Assembly: GCA_025357175.1 (NCBI GenBank)
Contig: JANXPS010000018.1
Span: forward strand, 1 to 38,393
Length of the DNA stretch: 38,393 nt
Direction: 5' to 3'
From: Deltaproteobacteria bacterium
Lineage (GTDB): Bacteria > Desulfobacterota > Deferrimicrobia > Deferrimicrobiales > Deferrimicrobiaceae
Shown: piece after piece, positions 15,320 through 22,064 of the stretch
Layout of the letters: each line of letters opens with the position of its first letter
How positions within the stretch are numbered: position 1 is the first letter of the stretch
Notes under the pieces: generated by a model
The model's input: only the letters and a program-made list of their open reading frames with translations
What the model was told of the DNA's origin: nothing
Database searches by the model: none
Position numbers and translations under genes: made by a program

Positions 15320-17140
15320 TTGTGGGAGCGATTCCGTGACGCGCAAGGCGACGATTATCTCCATTACTGGCTGGCGCTGCAGTCCGGCCTGATCGAAGGG
15401 GCGGTCCAGGGCCTTCTCGTGATGGGAACGCCCGGGGCCGGTCCCCCGGTCCCGGTCGCCCGCTGGCCGGAGAGCGGGGCCGATCCAGTCCGGCTGGCCG
15501 AGATCTGCGAGCGCGTCCTCGAAGAGCCCGGCGGTCTCCTCTGCACCTTGCCTGCGCGACCCTCCGAACCGTCGTCCGGAGGGTCGCAGCCGTTTGCGAT
15601 CGCCTATCCCGTCCTGGTGGGCGGCGAGTCGCACGGCGTCGTCGCGTTCGAGGTCGCCGCGATTTCCGAAGAGAATCTGGCTCCGGCCATGAACCAGCTC
15701 CAGTGGGGCGTCTCCTGGCTCGAGCTTTTCGTCCGCCGGCGCAATGCGCAGGACAACGATTCCGTACTCTCCGAAATGAGATCCTCCTTCGACCTTTTGG
15801 CGGCGGTCGTCGACGAGGAGCCCTCCAGCGCGTGGATGCGCTTCGTCACCGAGCTGGCCACGCGGATGCAGTGCGACCGTGCCAGCCTGGGGACTCTGAA
15901 AGGGCACCAGGTCACCGTCCGGGCGATTTCCCACAGCGCCCAGTTCGACCGGAACACGAACCTGGTCCGGCTGATCGGGCGTGCGATGGAAGAGTCGGTG
16001 CTGCAGCGGGACGAGGTGATCTTCCCCCCCCCCGAAGGCGGAAAGATTCTCGTAACCAAGGATCACGACGAGCTGTCCCGCGAACAGGGGGGCGAGGCGA
16101 TCCTGACGATCCCCGTCTACTCGGGCGGGCGGTATACGGGTGCATTGACGCTCGAGCGTCCCGCCTCAGTCCCGTTCGGGGAAACCGAGGTCGGCATCTG
16201 CCGCGGAATCGTCGCGCTGGTCTCCCCCATCCTCGAGCTCAAGCGGCAAAACGACCGCCCCCTGGCGTTCAAGGCCGCGGAATCTCTCCGGGAACAGGCG
16301 GTCCGCCTCTTCGGGCCCCGTTACCCAGGCCGCAAACTGGCGATCCTCCTCGCCTTCGGCGTCGCGTATTTCCTCGCCACGGCCACCGCCGATTACCGGA
16401 TCACCGCTACGGCGGTCCTCGAACCGCTGATCCGCCGCTCGGTCGTCTCCCCCTTCAACGGCTACGTCAAGGAGGCGTTCGTCCGGCCCGGAGACATCGT
16501 CCGGAAGGCGGCGCCGCTCTGCACGCTCGACGACCGCGATCTCCATCTCGAGCGCGCCAAGTGGCAAAACCAGAAGACCCAGTACGAGCGCCAGCAGCAG
16601 GAGGCGGCGGCCACGAACGACCGCGCGAAGGCCAAGATCATCGCCTCCCAGTTCGAACAGGCGGTCGCCCAGCTCGACATGGTCGACCGTCAGCTCAAGC
16701 GGACCAGCCTGGTGGCCCCCTTCGACGGAATCGTGGTCAGCGGCGACCTGAGCCAGCGGATCGACGGCGCCGTCGAGCAGGGCGAGGTGCTGTTCGAGGT
16801 CGCCCCCTTGAACGCCTACCGGGTCATCCTCCAGGTCGTCGAGTACAAGATCGGCGACGTGCATCCGGGCCAGACGGGGGAACTCGTCCTTCCGGCGCGC
16901 ACCGACCTCAAGTACCGCTTCACGGTCGAGAAGATCACCCCGATCGCCTCGCAGAAGGACGGCCAGAACTATTTCCGGGTCGAGGCCAAGCTCGAAGGTT
17001 CGGGCGTGGCCGACCAGACGCTGCGGCCGGGCATGGAAGGGGCCGGAAAGATCCAGGTCGGCCGCGGGAAGCTGCTGGCAATCCGCACGCGCGAACTGGT
17101 CGACTGGGTACGCCTCAAGGTCTGGGCCTGGCTGCCTTGA
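15320..17140 (+). CDS. HlyD-family periplasmic adaptor with a ~330-aa cytoplasmic tandem GAF-like N-terminal region and one TM segment
   Basis: First start after the in-frame TAA at 15269 is TTG at 15320; ATG at 15422 is an alternative. GAF-like segment: FVTELATRMQCDRASLGTLKGHQVTVRAISHSAQFD...LTIPVYSGGRYTGALTLER. TM: LAILLAFGVAYFLATATA. HlyD lipoyl/coiled-coil/barrel: GYVKEAFVRPGDIVRKAAPLCTLDDRDL...LVAPFDGIVVSGD. Confidence 0.8.
   Translation: MWERFRDAQGDDYLHYWLALQSGLIEGAVQGLLVMGTPGAGPPVPVARWPESGADPVRLAEICERVLEEPGGLLCTLPARPSEPSSGGSQPFAIAYPVLVGGESHGVVAFEVAAISEENLAPAMNQLQWGVSWLELFVRRRNAQDNDSVLSEMRSSFDLLAAVVDEEPSSAWMRFVTELATRMQCDRASLGTLKGHQVTVRAISHSAQFDRNTNLVRLIGRAMEESVLQRDEVIFPPPEGGKILVTKDHDELSREQGGEAILTIPVYSGGRYTGALTLERPASVPFGETEVGICRGIVALVSPILELKRQNDRPLAFKAAESLREQAVRLFGPRYPGRKLAILLAFGVAYFLATATADYRITATAVLEPLIRRSVVSPFNGYVKEAFVRPGDIVRKAAPLCTLDDRDLHLERAKWQNQKTQYERQQQEAAATNDRAKAKIIASQFEQAVAQLDMVDRQLKRTSLVAPFDGIVVSGDLSQRIDGAVEQGEVLFEVAPLNAYRVILQVVEYKIGDVHPGQTGELVLPARTDLKYRFTVEKITPIASQKDGQNYFRVEAKLEGSGVADQTLRPGMEGAGKIQVGRGKLLAIRTRELVDWVRLKVWAWLP
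16024..16033 (+). repeat. Poly-C tract of 10 nt inside the GAF-HlyD CDS
   Basis: Sequence reads ...gatcttCCCCCCCCCCgaagg... and encodes F-P-P-P-E. It is the longest homopolymer I found in the window. Confidence 0.95.
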
Positions 17141-19296
17141 GCGGCACGCGCGAACAATCCCTTTACAGCCCATCGTGGTACCGGATCGCCGGCCTGAAAC
17201 CGCGGCTGCGGGGGCACGTCCGGATCCACCGCCAGTACTTCCGCGAGCGGGAATGGTTCGTCCTGCAGGACCGTTCCACCGGCCGCTTCCACCGGATCTC
17301 CCCCGAGGCGTACTACCTCGTCGGCCTGATGGACGGCAACCGGACGATGACCGAGATCTGGGACGCCGCCTGCCTCCGGCTGGGCGACGCCGTGCCCACG
17401 CAGGACGAGGTGATTTCCCTGCTGTCGCAGATCCATCGCTTCGACGGCCTTCAATCCGACCTGCCGCCCGATATCGACGACCTGTCCGACCGTTCCGCGA
17501 AAGAGAAACGGTCGAAGCTCTTCGGCTACATCGCCTCCCCGACCTCCTTCAAGATTCCGCTGCTCGACCCCGACCGCTTTCTCGACCGCACCATCGGCCT
17601 GGTGCGCCCCTTCCTCGGTTGGGGCGGTTTCCTCGCCTGGCTCGCGGTGGTCGGGTACGGCCTCCTGCTCGCCGGCATCCACTGGCGCGAACTCACCTCG
17701 AACGTCACCGACCGGATGCTCAGCGTCGAAAACCTCGTCGTCCTGTCGCTCGTCTTCCCGATCGTGAAGACGCTCCACGAACTCGGCCACGCCTATGCCG
17801 TCAAGCGCGGCGGGGGCGAGGTGCACGAGATGGGGATCATGCTCCTGGTGTTCGTCCCCAACCCCTATGTCGACGCGACCGCCTCATACGCCTTCCGGAC
17901 CAAGTATCCGCGCATGTTCGTCGGCGCCGCCGGGATCATGGTCGAGCTGTTTCTCGCGGGCCTCGGCGCGATCGTGTGGACCAGCGTCGAGCCTGGCGCG
18001 CTGCGGGCGGTCGCCTTCAACACGATGGTGCTGTGCGGCGTATCGACGCTCGTGATGAACGGCAATCCGTTGATCCGCTACGACGCCTACTACATCCTTT
18101 CCGATTACCTCGAGATCCCGAACCTGGGGGCGCGCTCCACGGAATATCTCGGCTATTTCCTCCGCCGCCGGATTCTCGGGATCAAGGAGGCGACACCCAC
18201 GGCGAACGGCGCAAGAGAAGCGTTCATCCTCGCGTCCTACGGCGTCGCCTCGTTCATCTACCGGATCTTCGTCATGTCGGCGATCGCGATGGCGATCGCG
18301 GGCCGCTTCTTCGTGGTCGGGACGATCCTCGCGATCTGGGTGGTCGGCGGATTCGTCGCGATCCCCGCCTGGCGGGCGATCCGCACGATGGGCTCCGATT
18401 CCCTCATGCGCCGCTACCGCGTGCGGGTGGTCCTGGCGGCGACCGTTCTTGCGGGAGTCGTCCTGTTCGCCACCTTCGGTGTCCCCGTCCCCTCGTTCAC
18501 CGTGGTCGAGGGGGTGACCTGGGTCCCCGCGGAATCGCAGATCAACGCGACGGCGGACGGCATCGTCAACGCGCTCCTGGCCGCTCCGGAATCGGTCGTC
18601 CACCGGGGCGACCCGCTGATCCGGATCGAGGCGCTGAAGCTGGAAAAGGACGTCCGCGTCCTCGAGGGCTCGCTGCGCGAGGCCGAATCGCGCTACCAGG
18701 CCAGCCTCGTCTCCGACCGCACGGCGATGGGAATCTACCGGGACGACATGGAAAAGGCACGCCTTGAGCTGACGCGCTCCCGGGAAAAGCTCGGAGGGCT
18801 TCTCGTGCGCAGTCCGGCCGACGGGCTGCTGCTCATCCCGTCCGCGGCCGACCTCCCCGGCCGATACGTCAAGAAGGGCGAGGGGCTGGGCTACGTGGTC
18901 GACTTCCCGAGGGCGGTCGTCCGGATCGCCGTCGACCAGGACGACGTCGAGCGGATCCGCCGGAGGGTCACGAAAGTCGAGGGCCGGCTCGCCGGGGCGA
19001 TCGGAACCGTCATTCCCGCCACCGTCGTCCGCGAGGTGCCCACCGCATCCAACGATTTGCCGAGCCAGGCGCTCTCCGTCGCCGGCGGCGGTCTGATTGC
19101 CGTTTCTCCGGAGGGGGGCGGGCGGAAGCCGAAGTCGATCCGGCGATTCTTTACTTTCGACATCGCCCTGAAGGACGCCCCGATCCGGCGTGTGGGCGAA
19201 CGCGCGTTCATCCGCTTCACCCATCAACCCGAGACGCTGGGAGACCGCTGGATCCGGTCGCTCCGCCGGCTCCTGCTCAGCAAGTTCGACCTGTAG
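17137..19296 (+). CDS. Three-part fusion: PqqD/RRE-like N-domain, polytopic peptidase M50 (site-2-protease-type, HELGH) domain, C-terminal HlyD-type adaptor domain
   Basis: TTG at 17137 overlaps the upstream TGA (TTGA, 17137-17140). The upstream part of the listed 1197-aa ORF overlaps the previous gene. PqqD-like: FHRISPEAYYLVGLMDGNRTMTEIWDAACLRLGDAVPTQDEVISLLSQIHRFDGL. HELGH at 17776-17790, followed by VFVPNPYVDAT. Multiple TM helices. HlyD-like C-terminal part: RGDPLIRIEALKLEKDVRVLEGSLREAESRY...LLVRSPADGLLL. Confidence 0.8.
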   Translation: MSGTREQSLYSPSWYRIAGLKPRLRGHVRIHRQYFREREWFVLQDRSTGRFHRISPEAYYLVGLMDGNRTMTEIWDAACLRLGDAVPTQDEVISLLSQIHRFDGLQSDLPPDIDDLSDRSAKEKRSKLFGYIASPTSFKIPLLDPDRFLDRTIGLVRPFLGWGGFLAWLAVVGYGLLLAGIHWRELTSNVTDRMLSVENLVVLSLVFPIVKTLHELGHAYAVKRGGGEVHEMGIMLLVFVPNPYVDATASYAFRTKYPRMFVGAAGIMVELFLAGLGAIVWTSVEPGALRAVAFNTMVLCGVSTLVMNGNPLIRYDAYYILSDYLEIPNLGARSTEYLGYFLRRRILGIKEATPTANGAREAFILASYGVASFIYRIFVMSAIAMAIAGRFFVVGTILAIWVVGGFVAIPAWRAIRTMGSDSLMRRYRVRVVLAATVLAGVVLFATFGVPVPSFTVVEGVTWVPAESQINATADGIVNALLAAPESVVHRGDPLIRIEALKLEKDVRVLEGSLREAESRYQASLVSDRTAMGIYRDDMEKARLELTRSREKLGGLLVRSPADGLLLIPSAADLPGRYVKKGEGLGYVVDFPRAVVRIAVDQDDVERIRRRVTKVEGRLAGAIGTVIPATVVREVPTASNDLPSQALSVAGGGLIAVSPEGGGRKPKSIRRFFTFDIALKDAPIRRVGERAFIRFTHQPETLGDRWIRSLRRLLLSKFDL

Positions 19297-19309
19297 CGGC
19301 GGCCTTCCC

Positions 19310-21301
19310 ATGCTGCGCGACCTCCTCGACCATCCGCCGGCCACGCACGAGAATCGCTCCGAGCGTCCGGATCCGACGCCGGGCGCCCTCGAGTCGGCTT
19401 TCGACGCCGTCGGCGGGTTTGTCGGGCGGCTGATCCGCTCCCGCCTCCGCAGTCCGGATCGAATCATTTCCCTCGTGGCGTCGCACGCCGGTGAAATGAC
19501 CCGGATGAGCGACGATGGATTGCGCGCCGAGGCGGGCCGGCTCGGCGCCGAAATGCGGCGAAACGGCTTCCGCGACGACCTGGTCGGCCGCACGTTCGCG
19601 CTGATCCGCGAGACGGCGACGCGGACGGTCGGCAAGCGCCACTACGACGTCCAGCTCATGGGCGGGTGGGTGCTGCTTTCGGGTTCGGTCGCCGAGATGG
19701 AAACGGGCGAGGGGAAGACGCTGACGGCGACGCTGGCCGCCGGGACGGTCGCGCTCGCCGGCGTACCGGTCCACGTCCTCTCGGTCAACGACTACCTCAC
19801 CGCGCGCGACGCCGAGGAAATGGGGCCGGTCTACCGGGCGCTGGGTCTCCGCGTCGGATGCGTCGTCCACGACGTGGCGCTCGACAGGCGGCGCGAGCAA
19901 TACCTGTGCGACATCGTCTACTGCACGAACAAGGACGTGGTGTTCGACTACCTGCGCGACCGTCTGGTGCTCAAGGAGTTCGGCGGGATGCCGCTGCGCC
20001 TGCAGGCCGAGGCGCTCTACGAACAGGGGGCGCGGAGCCGTCGCCTCATGCTGCGCGGCCTGCATTACGCGATCACGGACGAGGCCGACTCCCTCCTGAT
20101 CGACGAGTCGCGAACGCCGCTGATCATCTCGGGCGCGGTGGTCGGCCGCGACGAGATCCGTTTCCTAGAGGATGTCCTCGACTTCGCCAGGGCGCTCGAA
20201 AACGGCACCGACTTCAAGCTCGACCTGAACAAGCGCATCGTCGTCGTGACCGCGGAGGGCGACCGCAAGATCGACGACTTTCCCCTGCCGACCGGGTCGC
20301 CCTGGATCAACAGCATCCGCAAGAACGAAATGGTCCGGCGCGCGGTCTCGGCGCTCTACCTGTTCGACCGCGACAAGGAATACCTGGTCCGCGACGGCAA
20401 GGTGCAGATCATCGACGTGTTCACCGGCCGCGTGATGCCAGACCGTTCGTGGGAGCAGGGGCTGCAGCAGCTCATCGAGATCAAGGAAGGGTGCGAGCCG
20501 AGCACCCAGCAGGATACCGTCGCCAAGATCAGCTACCAGACCTTCTTCCGGAAGTACCGCCACCTCTCGGGGATGACGGGCACCGCGAAGGAGGTCCGGG
20601 GAGAGCTGGGGACGGTCTACGGCCTGCCGGTGATCCGGATCCGGACCCACCGGGCGCTGCGGCGGCAGAAGCTTCCCACGCGCATCGTGGCGACGATCGC
20701 CGGGAAGGAGCAGTTGCTGCTTCAGCGGATCGGCGAGATCCACGCGACGGGGCGTCCCGTCCTCGTCGGCACCGGCTCGGTCGCCGCCTCCGAGCGGCTG
20801 AGCGCGTTTCTTGCCGGGGTGGGATTGCCGCACCGGGTCCTCAATGCGAAGAACGACCGGGAGGAGGCGGCCATCGTCGCCCGCGCGGGGGAAATGGGCT
20901 CGGTCACCATCGCCACCAGCATGGCCGGCCGCGGCACCGACATCAAGCTCGGCCCCGGCGTCGAGGCGCTCGGCGGCCTCCACGTCATCCTGACCGAACG
21001 CAACGAGGCCGCGCGGATCGACCGACAGCTGGCCGGCCGTTGCGCGCGCCAGGGAGACCCCGGCATCTACGAGGAGATCCTGTCGCTCGAGGATCCGCTG
21101 CTCGAAGGCGGAGCGGGGGCCGCGGCGTGGATCCTCCGGCGGATTCCCTCGGGGTCGCCCCTGTGGTCGTTCGTGGCCGGGTCGGCGATCGACCGGGCCC
21201 AGAAAAGGACGGAAAGCCACTACCGGCGGATGCGGCGCGACCTCTTCCGGCAGGATTCCCAGTCGAAAAACCGGATGTCATTTTCCGGCCGCGAGGAGTA
21301 A
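19310..21301 (+). CDS. SecA-like DEAD-motor ATPase, C-terminally truncated relative to canonical SecA (663 aa)
   Basis: ATG at 19310; the listed ORF start at 19190 overlaps the previous gene. SecA signatures: EMETGEGKTLTATL (GEGKT at 19706-19720), VHVLSVNDYLTARDAEEMG, IVYCTNKDVVFDYLRD, LHYAITDEADSLLIDESRTPLIISG (DEAD at 20078-20089), SGMTGTA, VLVGTGSVAASERLS, LNAKNDREEAAIVARAG, TIATSMAGRGTDIKLG, GGLHVILTERNEAARIDRQLAGRCARQGDPG. Confidence 0.9.
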   Translation: MLRDLLDHPPATHENRSERPDPTPGALESAFDAVGGFVGRLIRSRLRSPDRIISLVASHAGEMTRMSDDGLRAEAGRLGAEMRRNGFRDDLVGRTFALIRETATRTVGKRHYDVQLMGGWVLLSGSVAEMETGEGKTLTATLAAGTVALAGVPVHVLSVNDYLTARDAEEMGPVYRALGLRVGCVVHDVALDRRREQYLCDIVYCTNKDVVFDYLRDRLVLKEFGGMPLRLQAEALYEQGARSRRLMLRGLHYAITDEADSLLIDESRTPLIISGAVVGRDEIRFLEDVLDFARALENGTDFKLDLNKRIVVVTAEGDRKIDDFPLPTGSPWINSIRKNEMVRRAVSALYLFDRDKEYLVRDGKVQIIDVFTGRVMPDRSWEQGLQQLIEIKEGCEPSTQQDTVAKISYQTFFRKYRHLSGMTGTAKEVRGELGTVYGLPVIRIRTHRALRRQKLPTRIVATIAGKEQLLLQRIGEIHATGRPVLVGTGSVAASERLSAFLAGVGLPHRVLNAKNDREEAAIVARAGEMGSVTIATSMAGRGTDIKLGPGVEALGGLHVILTERNEAARIDRQLAGRCARQGDPGIYEEILSLEDPLLEGGAGAAAWILRRIPSGSPLWSFVAGSAIDRAQKRTESHYRRMRRDLFRQDSQSKNRMSFSGREE

Positions 21302-21311
21302 CCTCCTGAAT

Positions 21312-22064
21312 ATGATGAGAATGAAGCGCTTTCTAGCAGTCGTTTGCCTAGCCGGAATCCTGTCGCCCGTCCGGCCCATGGCCGCTCCGCGCGCGATTCC
21401 CGCCGAGGAATTCGACGCGATGATCTACCCCAACGAGACCGTCAAGCTGAGCAGCCAGATCGCCGGAATCCTCGAGGAGGTCTCCGTCGAAAGAGGGGAC
21501 GTCGTCAAGGCGGGACAGGTCGTGGCGCGTCTCAAGGCCGGCGTCGAAAAGGTCGAGGTCGCCCTCGCCGGCGCCAATGTCGACTACCAGAGGCGCAAGA
21601 TCGAACGGAACGCCGAGCTGGCCCGGAAGAAGCTGATTTCCGCGCAGGAGAACGACGACCTCGAGGGCGATCTCAAGAAGGGCGAGCTGATCCTCCAGGA
21701 GGCCGGGGAAAAGCTCAAGATGCGGACCATCCTCTCGACCGTCGACGGCGTCGTGACCGAACGGTTGCTGTCGCCCGGCGATTACGTGGGCGAGGCACCC
21801 ATCCTCAAGATCGCCAGCATCGATCCGCTCAAGGTCGAGGTCATCGTCTCGGCCCGCAAGTACGGATCGATCCGCAAGGGAATGCGCGCCGAGATCCGTC
21901 CCGAGGCGCCGGTCGGCGGCCTCTATTACGGGAAGGTCACGATCGTCGACAAGGTCATCGATCCGGCGAGCAGCACATTCGGCGTCCGGATCGAGTTGGC
22001 CAACCCCGGCTTCCGGCTGCCTTCGGGGCTGAAATGCCGCGTCCGGTTCCTCAAAGAGCCTTGA
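21312..22064 (+). CDS. Small periplasmic membrane-fusion (HlyD/RND-adaptor type) protein with signal peptide (250 aa)
   Basis: ATG at 21312 (ATGs at 21315 and 21321 are alternatives), with GAGGAG at 21293-21298. Signal peptide MMRMKRFLAVVCLAGILSPVRPMAA. Lipoyl-like GILEEVSVERGDVVKAGQVVARL, a short coiled coil, TILSTVDGVVTERLLSPGDYV and a beta-barrel segment. Confidence 0.8.
   Translation: MMRMKRFLAVVCLAGILSPVRPMAAPRAIPAEEFDAMIYPNETVKLSSQIAGILEEVSVERGDVVKAGQVVARLKAGVEKVEVALAGANVDYQRRKIERNAELARKKLISAQENDDLEGDLKKGELILQEAGEKLKMRTILSTVDGVVTERLLSPGDYVGEAPILKIASIDPLKVEVIVSARKYGSIRKGMRAEIRPEAPVGGLYYGKVTIVDKVIDPASSTFGVRIELANPGFRLPSGLKCRVRFLKEP

Noticed and set aside
15703-17136. Upstream 478 codons of the listed 1197-aa ORF (15703-19296)
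   Set aside because: This part overlaps the GAF-HlyD gene in another frame and translates to Arg/Pro/Gly-rich nonsense. Recognisable sequence (LYSPSWYRIAGLKPRL...) begins exactly at the TTG at 17137, which overlaps the upstream stop.
17175-21309. Alternative-frame and antisense ORFs across the M50-HlyD and SecA-like genes (17175-18767 +, 17884-19635 -, 19277-20065 -, 19666-21309 +, 20165-21220 -)
   Set aside because: All are Arg/Pro/Gly-rich with no motifs. They are embedded in genes with unambiguous HELGH/TM/HlyD and SecA signatures.
21344-22060. Upstream 239 codons of the listed 608-aa ORF (21344-23170)
   Set aside because: It overlaps the signal-peptide MFP gene (21312-22064) out of frame and has Arg-rich junk composition. 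Homology to the DUF3467-like paralogs starts right after the TTG at 22061.
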